Origin: Macrostomum lignano
Taxonomy: Eukaryota
NCBI GenBank assembly: GCA_002269645.1
Contig: NIVC01000551.1
Span: 546,171 to 587,392 of the forward strand
Reading direction: 5' to 3'
DNA: 41,222 nt
The first letter of the stretch is position 1. The number at the start of each line of letters is the position of its first letter. The notes below the pieces were generated by a model. That model ran no database searches, had not been told where the DNA came from, and worked only from the letters and a program-made list of their open reading frames with translations. Of this stretch, positions 1 through 11,580 are shown piece after piece. The translations under genes were made by a program, and so were the position numbers.

Positions 1-440
1 TTTGTGATACGAAAACTGGACGTCATCAAAGCGATTTTGAGATGCGGCACGTAGAGTAGCTCGGACGATGTCGCAGAAGTTTGCATGGGTTGCAGGCAGT
101 CGGCGTGATGTTGTCGGTGCTGAAGGCCTGATGGCGGCTTTGATTTTGGCCCATAGTTCTGGTGAGGGGTGTTGAGGTTAAAAAGCGGTGTTTAGAAGGA
201 GGAAGGGAACTGAGAGGGAGAAAGGAGGGCAGGGAGGGAGAAGGAGGGGAGGGAGATAAGAAAGAAGAAGTAGGGGACGGAGGGAGGAGGATGAGAGGGA
301 GGGAGAAGGAGGGGAGGAAGAGAGCCCTATGAGCTGTCACTTTGCTGGGACCTGAGCACTGTGATCAGTGCTGTGACACTCCTTCTGTCTCCCCTCCTTC
401 TGCCTACCCCAATACACCTATGAATGACAGACCATAGTGA

Positions 441-606
441 CAGAGACTCGCAGGCCGCAGAGAAGGCGGAACACTCAAAAGCAGACGGACAGAAATTCCA
501 GGCAGAGCAGGGGCTGCTACAGAAGTATTAAACGCTGGTTGGAGGGAAGGCTGGGAGAAAAAGGCCAGGTCCGTCAAAGCGCAGCACAGAAATGCATAGC
601 AGAGTG
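441..606. repeat. Diverged direct repeat, copy 1 (copy 2 at 1368-1564)
   Basis: Shared colinear blocks such as cagagactcgcagg, gggctgctacagaagta and aaggctgggagaaaaa. No coding frame is conserved between the copies. Confidence 0.75.
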
Positions 607-1084
607 CTCTTGCTGGTCAAAGCAAAACAAAAACAGGAGAGAAGTTCCCTGCACAAATAAGCACCAATAAGTAATCTTGACTGCGTATTAACCTGGAAGG
701 GAAGGCTTTTCTAAGCGCGAATTTTTCGGGTTCCGGTGTATGAAGGCGTTTTTTCATATTCTCCCAACTTTAATAGAGACTGGGACTGTGGGATTACGCT
801 CGTATGAAAGAGTTTACCCACAGTGGGCGCAGCCCATATCTATAATAATCTGTAATAAGAAGTGCTTGTTAAGTGTACAAAGACCTATGTTTAGACACAG
901 CTCAAGTGTACAGTTAGCCCTCATTTGCCTGAAAGTCTAAAGGAACGCTTGTTCAAGGATGTGATTGACGAGTTGTAAACATATGCAAAAATGTGCTGCA
1001 ATTAACTGTCGTTCTGGCTACTTTCGAAAAAATTCACAGAAAATTCTGAACACAATGCTTTAATTTACGAGCTAACAACGCGTA

Positions 1085-1260
1085 AGTTTCACAACGCCTA
1101 AAATCGAAAATGCAGCCTCCTTCACAACGCCTAAATTTCATAACGCCTAAAACTGAATGTGAAGGAGCGTGCAAATATTTTAGGCGTTGTGAAATTTAGA
1201 CGATATGAAATTTAGGCGATGTGAAGTGTAGTGGTTTTAGGCGTTGTGAAATTTAGGTCT
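1085..1260. repeat. Head-to-head inverted array of TTCACAACGCCTAAA / TTTAGGCGTTGTGAA motifs (MITE-like)
   Basis: About 3 forward copies (1086-1150), then about 4-5 reverse-complement copies (1178-1258). Confidence 0.7.
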
Positions 1261-1367
1261 TATGAAAGCGTCCCCAATTGCAAGCCTAATTGACAACTCA
1301 CTCCAATGCCAGCCCAGCAGACTGGAAGGAACGCAGAGCAGCACTCACCAATTATGAATTCGGCAGG

Positions 1368-1564
1368 CAGAGACTCGCAGGGCGCGGAGAAGGTGGAACT
1401 TGCAAAAGCAGACAGGAGAGACAGCAGACCGCAGAGGGGCAGCAGTTCAAGCTAGCCAAGAGCAGCGGCGGGCTGCTACAGAAGTACCAAACGCTGGCTT
1501 GGATGTAAGGCTGGGAGAAAAAAGCCAGACGTCAAGGCACAGCACAAAACTGCACAGCAGAGTG
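1368..1564. repeat. Diverged direct repeat, copy 2 (copy 1 at 441-606)
   Basis: Same blocks as copy 1, with an internal insertion of about 30 bp. Confidence 0.75.
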
Positions 1565-1830
1565 GAGGCTTGTCGAAGAGAGTGTACGCAGCCCTGCACA
1601 TATGGAGGGCTGACAGGGCCAGGGAAGAAATCTTCTAACCCTCACACGAACCAATGAGTGCATGTAGCTGCATGCAGCGTATTGGTAGGAAAAGCGTGTC
1701 CAAAACTCACACACGAAAGAGGAACCTCCAAATATGATGATAAGGGGAGGCAGCTGACCAGGGAATCCTAAAGACCTGGAAGTGATACTACGATATTCAT
1801 GCCATCGAGGCCGGTCCAACCCAGGCTATC

Positions 1831-1960
<130 letters not shown>

Positions 1961-2294
1961 AGATATCTATCTAATCTAGAAATCTATCTAGATTCTAGAA
2001 GATATCTAAGCAAAGCGACTAGCAAAGCGACTCGAAAAAGGAGGAAGGAAGCGGAAGGATTAATAGAGAAGGGTTGAGTGGCCTGACAGAATAGAGTGCA
2101 GAGAAAATCAGTGTCCAAATAAAGACTGTTTTAATATGAAAGGGGCGCACCGTACATGACTGTACATGATTCTAAACACATGATGACGCACTGTTGAATG
2201 CACACATAACTCTTATACCCCTATCGAGCTGCATTTAAGAAGATTTCGTGTGTTCAGAATCAAACTGAAAATCCTCTAATTTGCAAGCATCATA

Positions 2295-3076
2295 ATGGGT
2301 TACAAGTGCTGTGTATTTAGCTGAAAATCTGGCTACGCGTCGCAGAAGACAGAAAATGTGAGCCATTATGCTTTCCCTAAAGACACCAACTTGCGACAGC
2401 GCTGGCTTCGCGCCATTCCAAATGCTGATTTGAATGCTTCCGAATTTTAACGCGTCTGCTCGAAGCATTTCTGATTTTCTGATTTTCTGATTCGAAGCTG
2501 CATCTCATTCGACTGAAAGACGATGCAGTTCCATCACAATTTGAAGGTAAAAAAGCAGGTAAGCAGGTAAGCAGGTAAAAAATCAAAAAGAGCTTCATGG
2601 GAAACAAAGTCCGCTTAGATGAGGAAATCAGCGACTGTCTTGGCTCCGACGATTCGACGATTTTCGATTTCAGCGATTTGATTCAAAAGCTGGCGCAAGC
2701 TACGATTCCCTCTGGATTCGTCAGACGTACAGAAGCTGATTCAGTCTCTTTTTACTTAATAAAAAGATCTCACTCAATTTCAGCTCCTTGTCTGCTTTCC
2801 TCAATGACAGTACTGCAGGACCTTACCTTCCAAGTCTTCATCTCTAGCCTTTCTTGCTCTGATAGCATGTTTAAACACCTGCTCAAAGATGACTCGCTAC
2901 ATGTGCGTCAGCTTTCGACTCTAGAAAACATTTTAGCCTTGATTAAGTCTTCGGCTACTGTTGCTGTTGACTCTCGTAATTCAAATGTGTCGTCTGCGTT
3001 TGTTGAAGGCGTTTTAAAAGTCTACCTTAAATCTTTGAGTGATGACTGTGAACTGAGATGTCCGATGATCCTTTAA
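2295..3076 (+). pseudogene. Degenerate THAP-domain (P-element-like) transposase fragment
   Basis: 2295-2545 translates as MGYKCCVFS*KSGY...AFPKDTNLRQRWLRAIP...*RVCSKHF...RLKDDAVPSQF. This is the canonical THAP C2CH pattern with in-frame stops (the second zinc-ligand Cys position reads TGA). ORF 2597-3076 resembles the post-THAP linker of P-like transposases. No catalytic core follows. Confidence 0.8.
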
Positions 3077-3470
3077 CTGTGGTAATTTTGGTTAAAAACA
3101 CTTTATGTTCACTTATTAGTCTTACTTATAAAAAGCCTCATGCAAACTTGCGATGAAAGTAGTCGTATTTTGTTACAATAATTAAAAAAAACAGGGAAAT
3201 GGCTTTTTCAGCGCTGTATTAACGAGTTGGTACTGAGAAGCGTATGGAAAATGGAATGGGCTGCCTTATGGGCTGCCTTGTTTGGTGAGTTAGGATCGGC
3301 CTGAGGTGGATCACCCCCATTGGACAGTGTCACTTCCAGGTCTTTAGGATTCAATGAGCTGACTGTCTGCTCAAAATTCTCCATAATTTCGGAATAGCAA
3401 ACCCAAATTTGGCTATCTCGTTCTCGTTTTAAAGTTGACCAAATTCTTCACAACTGACACGAATTTTATT

Positions 3471-4530
3471 GGAAGCTGAGCACTAGTGTCACTGAAAACT
3501 GAGCACGAGTTTCACTGGAATCTGAGCACTAGTTTCACTGGAATCTGAGCACTAGTTCACTGGAATCTGAGCACTAGTTCACTGGAATCTGAGCACGAGT
3601 TTCACTGGAATCTGAGCACTAGTGTCAATTGAATCTGAGCACGAGTTTCACTGGAAGCTGAGCACTAGTGTCAATTGAATCTGAGCACTAGTGTCACTGG
3701 AAGCTGAGCACTAGTGTCAATTGAATCTGAGAACTAGTTTCACTGGAATCTGAGCACTAGTTTCACTGGAATCTGAGCACTAGTTTCACTGGAATCTGAG
3801 AACTAGTTTCACTGGAATCTGAGCACTAGTTTCACTGGAATCTGAGCACTAGTTCACTGGAATCTGAGCACTAGTGTCAATTGAATCTGAGCACGAGTTT
3901 CACTGGAAGCTGAGCACTAGTGTCAATTGAATCTGAGCACTAGTGTCACTGGAAGCTGAGCACTAGTGTCAATTGAATCTGAGAACTAGTTTCACTGGAA
4001 GCTGAGCACTAGTGTCACTGGAATCTGAGCACTAGTTCACTGGAATCTGAGCACTAGTTCACTGGAATCTGAGCACTAGTTCACTGGAATCTGAGCACTA
4101 GTTCACTGGAATCTGAGCACGAGTTTCACTGGAATCTGAGCACTAGTGTCAATTGAATCTGAGCACGAGTTTCACTGGAAGCTGAGCACTAGTGTCAATT
4201 GAATCTGAGCACTAGTGTCACTGGAAGCTGAGCACTAGTGTCAATTGAATCTGAGAACTAGTTTCACTGGAATCTGAGCACTAGTTTCACTGGAATCTGA
4301 GAACTAGTTTCACTGGAATCTGAGCACTAGTTTCACTGGAATCTGAGCACTAGTTCACTGGAATCTGAGCACTAGTTCACTGGAATCTGAGCACTAGTGT
4401 CAATTGAATCTGAGCACTAGTTCACTGGAATCTGAGCACGAGTTTCACTGGAAGCTGAGCACTAGTGTCAATTGAATCTGAGAACTAGTTTCACTGGAAT
4501 CTGAGCACTAGTGTCACTGGAATCTTAGCA
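3471..4530. repeat. 22-23 bp minisatellite (CTGAGCACTAGTTTCACTGGAAT), about 46 copies, with higher-order structure
   Basis: Unit spacing of 23 and 22 bp read directly (3522, 3545, 3567). A variant block recurs near 3616, 3870 and 4140. Confidence 0.97.
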
Positions 4531-4972
4531 TCTTCATTACTCTCTCTCCTCTTCTATATTTTTCAACATCCCATCTCTTTGCCTCTCCTTCTTATCCGTC
4601 ATCTCACCCTCTCCTTTTCACTCCAGCCTGGCCCGTAGCCATGTAGCTGGAGTCTCTATCTGCTCAACAAAGTGCCGAACCAAGTAAACAAAGCAGGAAA
4701 ATAATGCCGATTTTATACGAGTATTAAGATAAGCTACTAAATTATTACTAATTATTAAGGAAAGACTACCGGAGCAATGAAATAACTCTTTTTTCTCTAG
4801 TTTTGAGGATCCATTTGAGGAGGAGCTCAATCGCTGCTCTTCATTGCAGGTGATAAATGTATGCAACGATCGACAGCACTTTTGAGCAGTCATGGAGAAG
4901 CTGGACAGCAGAGCACAGGTACAGGCAATCATCAAGTTCTTTATTACGGAAGCCATTCCCCCGCCTAAGCAC

Positions 4973-5040
4973 GAGGCAGAGCAGCTGAGCGGTAAATGCA
5001 CCCGACTCTCGAGCCCAACAAGTCCGAGGTTCGATTCCGT
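4973..5040 (+). mobile_element. tRNA-like SINE head remnant (Pol III A/B boxes)
   Basis: A-box-like CAGCTGAGCGG and a perfect B box GGTTCGATTCC at 5028-5038. No full cloverleaf and no second copy in the window. Confidence 0.35.
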
Positions 5041-6148
5041 ATTTATCGATAATCCACACCCAGGAGGACCATAATCTAGTAGCCACCTAGCGTACAGTAT
5101 TGGCGCGCTTGTCTGTGCTCAGGATACATGGGGCTGAATAATAAATAAGAAATAAACAGAAGACAATAAATAGACAGTCTGAAATAAATTTCAATTTTTT
5201 ATGAGTGTGACTGTAATTTTAGAACAACTACTAAGGTATTCATATTGTATATTTAGCGACAAATTTATTAATAATTTGTATTTATAGGCTCGTAGCAAGA
5301 GCGCAAAGCCGTACTTGGGGTCACACTATGCACTACTGACAAGCAAAACAGACAGCCAATCAAATCACACCTGTACACTGAAGTAAACAGACAATGGCAC
5401 CCTATTATATATGATGGCGCCTGAAAAAGCCTCCCTGCGCTGAGCTTACTACTCACAAGCGGTATGCATGGGTATACATGAATTTAGTTTATATTATTAT
5501 TGCAAATTTCAGGAAGAGTTCACACAAGCCAAGCACAAATTATTAAATAATAAACGAGAGGAATTAGCATATTTATTAAACGGAACACAGAAGAGTAAAG
5601 AGGATAATTAGGTGATGGTGAAGTGAAAGTAACAGAGCAAGCACAACAGGATGTGAATCTTTTCTACTCTTTCTCTAAGTTTTAGTCTGCTAGTTGCCTA
5701 CATAATTTTTGTTCAGCAGGACAGTTTAAATTATCAATAAGTAAAAGTACAAGTTAGGTGAAATAAAAAAACCAGCACACATTAAATTGAAACTATGCCT
5801 TCAAAGTTAACAGCAACTGTCAAGTAATCAACAAGCAGCGCTACAATTTGTAAACGGAGCACAACATACTACTCAAAAAAGCGGAGGCATCAATTGAACT
5901 TTTGGCATCTCATCGGGGCCAAAAGTTGACTTGAACAAATCTGTGATTGCAAGCATAAATATGCTTTATTATTAACGATATGACATCAACATGCTGTTCT
6001 TATACTAAAGCACATATACTAGAATAACTTTGATGCCACTCCCAAATAATGCATTATCTACTCTACTTTTCAGTAGCAAAATAGCGTTTGCATAGCGAGC
6101 AAAAGATAAAAGGGTGGCGCCCCAGCCCCTAAACAGTTTGGAGCTTGT

Positions 6149-6582
6149 GTCTGACTTTGACTTCTCTCCTTACCGCTCTCTCATTGGCTGAGCCGGATTG
6201 GGCCTGTCTGACCTTGACTTTTCTCCTTACCGCTCTCTCATTGGCTGAGCCGGATTGGGCCTGTCTGACTTTGACTTCTCTCCTTACCGCTCTCTCATTG
6301 GCTGAGCCGGATTGGGCCTGTCTGACCTTGACTTTTCTCCTTACCGCTCTCTCATTGGCTGAGCCGGATTGGGCCTGTCTGACTTTGACTTCTCTCCTTA
6401 CCGCTCTCTCATTGGCTGAGCCGGATTGGGCCTGTCTGACCTTGACTTTTCTCCTTACCGCTCTCTCATTGGCTGAGCCGGATTGGGCCTGTCTGACTTT
6501 GACTTCTCTCCTTACCGCTCTCTCATTGGCTGAGCCGGATTGGGCCTGTCTGACCTTGACTTTTCTCCTTACCGCTCTCTCA
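6149..6582. repeat. 57-bp tandem repeat x7.6 with two strictly alternating variants (114-bp higher-order unit)
   Basis: Units start at 6149, 6206, 6263 and so on. Variants actttgacttctc and accttgacttttc alternate. Each full unit has two ATTGG (CCAAT on the minus strand). Confidence 0.97.
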
Positions 6583-6973
6583 TCTCTCATCCGACTTAGC
6601 CGGATTGAGCACTTGTGCACACCGAAATAAATGCTTAATTAATAGGGTAATTAATCACAAACCCCGCGAGAAGGAGAGGAAGTTTTAGCTGGCACATTAA
6701 ATTCAAGTGACACTGCGCAGAAAAACTACTGAAAACAGAGCAAACGCTCAACTGTTTTAAAACTTAAATTGCAAGTGACTTGTCAATTGAGTTCATTTTA
6801 GTATTTGTAGTATACCCTTCGTATTTAAATGCAGAATTTCCCGCAAAAATATTAAAAAAATCAATTAGTGAACACAAAACGATTGAGAGATTGGTCTAAA
6901 AAATACTTATTAATATAATAACTTACCCAAGCACTGTCTCTCAATCGTATCGGTTTTTCACTGAAATTGATTT

Positions 6974-6979
6974 TTTATT
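6974..6979 (-). promoter_or_regulatory. Candidate polyadenylation signal of the GPATCH8-like gene
   Basis: AATAAA on the minus strand about 135 nt after the stop codon at 7114. Confidence 0.45.
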
Positions 6980-7113
6980 CACAATTACAACATTTCGAAA
7001 TTCCATTTTTCGGTCTTAGCTATTTATCTGTCTATAAAACAGCAAGTTGGCTCCTCTTTAAACCCCCCCCCCCAGCTTCAGTAAGCGAGTCAGCTATATT
7101 GCCAGAGACTGTC

Positions 7114-7560
7114 TCAGCCATTCCGCTGCAGAAACAGGGGATTAGCAGCCGAAGCGGCACCGGCTGGAGCCCGCATGAACAGCTGGCCGTTGATGATCAC
7201 CGGCCCTGTGGCGGCGGCCGCGGCCTGGCTGGTGGCAGCCGCCAGGTGCTGCGCAGCGGCCAGCGGGTTCAGCGCTGCCGGCGTCAAAAAGCGTTGAAAA
7301 CCGGAGGCTGATTGGGCAGCCAGCAGGTGCTGCTGAAGGAAGCCGCTGGGCCCAGCAGCAGCAGCGGCCTGCTGTTGAAGCAGCAGGTTCTGCTGCATGG
7401 CCAAGAAGGGGTTGGGAGCGCCTGCGGAGCCGGCGGCGGAGGTGGCGAGGCCGGGCGGCAGGAAGCGAAGCAGCTGGCCGTGCTGGAGGAACTGCGCTTG
7501 ATGCTGCAGACCGCCAGCTGCAGCCAGGTGCAGCGCCTGGGTGGTGGCAGCCACCGTCTG

Positions 7561-7591
<31 letters not shown>

Positions 7592-8064
7592 AAGGCGGCC
7601 TGGAGCTGCAGGAAATGCAGCGACTGCAGGGCGTGCGCTGCTGAAGTTGTCGGGGCGCTGCCGGAGGCTGCCGCGGCAGCTGCGGCGGCTGCCAGTGCGG
7701 CGGCTTGCGGCGGTTGCTGCGGCTGCTGCGGCTGCTGAGGCTGTTGAGGCCCAGGAGCTGCCGCGGGTGTCGGCTGACCAGCGGCCGCCTCGGGGCCCGG
7801 TGTTGTCGCCGGCGTAGCAGAAGCTGGTGGCGGCGCCGATGCCGCTGCTGCAGAACTGGTCGCGCCTGGAGCGCCGCCAGCCGCCGCCGCCGCATCGCCA
7901 GCTGCCGGCGCCGGAGTCGCTGCGCCAGTTGGCGCCGACGCGATGCTGCCGGGTGTTGCAGCGGCAGCCGGAGCTGCACCAGCCGGTGTTGTTGAAGGCT
8001 GAGGCGGCGCTGTGACGCTGCTCGCGCTTGAAGCTGCAGCTGCAGCAGCAGCGGCCATGGCAGC
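7114..8064 (-). CDS. GPATCH8: GPATCH8/ZNF804-family protein, terminal coding exon (Ala/Gln/Pro-rich tail)
   Basis: Acceptor tttcag|GCT at 8065, phase 0, matching the upstream donor. Open to TGA at 7114. The polyA/polyQ tail resembles the GPATCH8 C-terminus. Confidence 0.8.
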
Positions 8065-8169
8065 CTGAAATTATCAGTGAAGGAAGGAAAATTCAGTAGA
8101 CTGGTTTCACCGGGAAATTAAATCTACAATTCTACAATAACACTATAAGTGTGAGTTTGAGATACGAAC

Positions 8170-9382
8170 CTGATGTTGCATAATGAGATGCTGCAGGTGC
8201 TGTTGACCACCACCCATAGCTAGTTGATGATGCAAGCCAGGCTGATGATGCTGCTGAGCCAGATGGTGCCCGTGAAGAGCTTGCTGGTGCTGAAGGTGCT
8301 GCTGGTGCTGAAGGTGCTGCTGGTGCTGAAGGTGGTGCTGGTGCTGAAGGTGCTGCTGTTGCTGCTGCTGCTGCAGGTGATGATGGTGCTGGGCAAGCTG
8401 GGCGGCGTGCAGGCCCAGATGGTGCGGCAGCGCGGCTCCAACGACGCCACCGGAGCCGCTGACGCCGACACCGCCAATGTTGGCCAGAGACGGCATCCCG
8501 GCGCCTGCGGCAGCAGCCGCGGCAGCAGCGGCGGCCATTGAGTAGGCCACGGCCGGGTCAACGGCGCCGGCTGCCGCCTGCTGAACAACAGCTGCAGCTG
8601 GCTGATGCTGCTGCGGATGCTGCAGCTGGCCTAGCATCATCGCGGGCGACATCGCGGCGGAAGTCGCTCGCGGAAGCTGATCAGCGCCGGCGGCAGCGGC
8701 GGCGGGGGCGGCATCAGCAGCCGGCGAGGCTGACGAATTGCCACCCGCCGCAGCAGCCGCCTGCAGCCTGGCGTGCTCCTGAGCCCGCTTCATCAGCTCC
8801 TGATACTGCTGCTGCTCCTTTGTCGAATAGGGCGGCTGCATCGCTCGCTGCTGAGCGGTCGCCGATTCCGTCGAGTTTGGCGACTTGGCAGCGCCGCCAA
8901 GGCCCAGGCGCTCTGCCATCTCCTCCGGCACCTGCGGCCCGATGTACGCCGCGTCCGAGCTGCCGCTGCCGCCGCCTCCAGCGCCGCGGTGGCCTCCGCC
9001 GCTCTTCGACCTGCCGCCGCCTCCGCCTTTGCCGCCGCCAGCCCTGCCGCCGTGGAAGTCCTGCTGGCCGGCGGCCGAGCGCCACGAGTCGCCGCCGCCA
9101 GACCGGCTGCCGCGGCCGTTGCCACCGGGAAGGTGCGGCCCGAACACCGGCTGGTCCCGGCCCTTGTCTCCGCCTCTGCTGCCTTGCTGCTGCTGGCCTT
9201 TTTTCTTTTGCTGCTGCTGCTGCTGCGGCCTCGGCTTAGCCACTGGCGGCAGACGCGACTTGTACACCGCGGCTGCAGATTTACCACCGCCGCCGCCCCC
9301 TGACCGGCTGGCGCTGGCGCCGCCTCCGCCGCGGCCGCCTCCGTTTCGGGGCGTCCGCCTCCGCCTGGAGCTGCGATACTGC

Positions 9383-9413
<31 letters not shown>

Positions 9414-11037
9414 CCGACGGTCTCCGATGCCTGCCGCGACCGCGCGATCTCGACCGGGAACGAGTCCGGGACCTCGACCGGCTGTAGGACCGGCCGCGAC
9501 TGTCGTCGCTATAAGAGGTGTAAGACGAGCCGGATGAGTAGGATCTGGAGTAGGTGGACGTGCTGTACGATCGCGAGGTGTACGACCGGCTTCGGCTGCG
9601 GCTGGATCGGGACCTGCTAGATCGGGACCTGCTAGAGCGGGACCTCGATCGGGATCGCGACGTTGAGTATCGGCCGCCTCGCCTGCCGCTGCGACCGCCG
9701 CCGCGTGGCGAACGAGACGAGCGTCGACGGGAACCGCCGCGGCGTCCGCCGCCGCCACCGCCGCGGGATCTCGACCGACGCTGCTGGGAGGATTGGCGTC
9801 CTGACTGCTGCTGCTGCTGCTGCTGCTGTTGAGATGATGCATGAGCCCCGTTATTGTTGTTGTTATTGCTGCTATTATTGCCGTTTCCGCTTCCAGGAGC
9901 AGCAGCAGCAGCAGTAGTTGGAACAGCGGCTTTCACAGAGGGCTCTGGCTGTTGTTGTTGCTGCTGCTGCTGCTGGTCGCCAGCCGGCTTTCCCGATGGC
10001 GCCTCAGCTTCATCCTCATCCTCGTCTGAAGTCTCCCAGGTGCTCTTCTCCGTACCTTTCACTCGTTTCGGCTTTGGCGAACGGTTCGAACTGTCGTCGT
10101 CTTTATCCTCGTGATCCGAGTCTTTGTAGTCGACTAGGCCGAGGCCACCGGAAATGCCGCCGGCTTCCGGCTTCACAGCGGCGACTGGTTCGTTTGTCTG
10201 TTGCTGCTGCTGCTGGGCCGCTGTCGGCTGCTTTTTTGGACCAAATTTCCCGAACGAGTTGGTGACAACTTCAAAGCCGCTGCTGCCGCTACCAGCGGTT
10301 GGATTAGCGACGCTAGCCGAAGGATTAGCCGATGGATTAGCCGATGCAGATACAGAAGATACATTCATTGGCAAGATCTTGGCCTGGGTAGCTTTACCAG
10401 CAACTACCACCATTGTCATTGGCTGTTGCGGCTGCTGCTGCTGCGGTGGCTGCTGCACAGCTGGCGAAGGCTTCGGCGAAGGCGGCAGCGGCGGCGGCGG
10501 CACAGCCGATACAGCCGGCTTATCGCTTGGCAAAGGAATATCCGGCGGAGGCGCCTGCGGCACAGGGATATCGCTGACGGCCTGCGGCTCGCTAGCTGGC
10601 ATGGGGATCTCGGTCAGGCTAACCGGTCCCGGTCCATCCCCAGGTGGCATTGGTACCTGGGACAGGGGGGTGGGGCTGTCCGCGGGCCGGGGTATGCTGG
10701 CCAGGTCCAGACCGGCTCTCAGCACCTCAGCCTCCTCATCTGCATCGTCATCTCCATCATCATTGTTGTCATCGTCCTGCTCCCATTCGCCCGGGTTGAC
10801 TCGAACGGCGGCAGTCTTGCCAGCCGCTCCCACCTGCTGCTTTTGCTTCTTTTTATTGCTTTCAGCCGTCTTCTTTTTCTTCTTTTTCTTGGCTTTGCTT
10901 TTGCTTTTGCTTTCGCTAGAGACTGACAGAGCCTTCTTCGAGGCGGCCGAGGAGTCGCGTCGGCGGCGCTTCTTGCTTGAGTCGCTTTTGCTGCTTTTGC
11001 TGCGCTTGCGTTTGAGCTGCTGCTGCTCCAGCTGGTC
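8170..11037 (-). CDS. GPATCH8: GPATCH8/ZNF804-family protein, 2868-nt exon (Lys-rich, RS-rich, polyQ/H)
   Basis: Acceptor ttgccag|GAC and donor CAG|gttcgt, 956 codons. It has an RS domain plus YIGPQVP (human YFGPKLP) and QPPYSTKEQQQYQELMKRAQEH (human [23 protein letters not shown]), in the human order, as recalled. Confidence 0.85.
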
Positions 11038-11060
11038 CTGGCAATTGGTTGGTGGGTGGA

Positions 11061-11480
11061 GATTCTCATAGGGCATTAGGAAGATTCTCATAGGGCATTG
11101 GGAAGATTCTCATAGGGCATTGGGAAGATTCTCATAGGGCATTGGGAAGATTCTCATAGGGCATTGGGAAGATTCTCATAGGGCATTGGGAAGATTCTCA
11201 TAGGGCACTGGGAAGATTCTCATAGGGCATTGGGAAGATTCTCATAGGGCATTGGGGAGATTCTCAAAGGGCATTGGGGGAGATTCTCATAGGACATTGG
11301 TGGAGGGATTCTCATAGGGCATTGGGGGAAATTCTGTAAAGGACATTGAGGAAAGTTCTTAAAAGGACATTGGGGAAGATTCTTTAAAGGACATTGGGGA
11401 ATATTCTTTAAAGGACATTGGGAAGATTCTAAATGTTTATTGGGGAGATTCTTTAAAAGACATCATTGAAATTCCTTAAA
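11061..11480. repeat. 22-bp intronic minisatellite (GATTCTCATAGGGCATTGGGAA) with polarised decay
   Basis: About 9 near-perfect units at the low-coordinate end, degrading towards 11480. Confidence 0.95.
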
Positions 11481-11580
11481 AGACACTGGGCAGATTCCAG
11501 TTTGTAAATTGTGCCCTCATAGAAATAAAGAAACTACTCATTAAAAGTTAGTATAGAAAGCAAACAAATACTCAGCTAAC

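Noticed and set aside
1-340. Possible minus-strand exon 1-158 after a 170-nt pyrimidine tract (cctcaccag|aactATG)
   Set aside because: Two frames run open to the window edge and a third has an ATG, but none gives a recognisable protein. It cannot be resolved within the window.
3471-4530. CRISPR-like array of 22-23 bp repeats with internal palindromes
   Set aside because: Units are contiguous with no unique spacers, there are no cas genes, and the context is eukaryotic.
4892-4960. MEKLDSRAQVQAIIKFFITE, reminiscent of a mariner N-terminal helix-turn-helix
   Set aside because: Only about 20 residues, no TIR and no downstream transposase. Too short to call.
6129-6630. 19-aa repeat proteins on both strands
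   Set aside because: A 57-bp unit without stops gives open frames automatically. No codon or context support for translation.
7284-11071. Numerous overlapping and antisense ORFs over the GPATCH8-like exons
   Set aside because: Shadow frames of GC-rich CAG/GCC low-complexity coding sequence, with no independent start or homology evidence.
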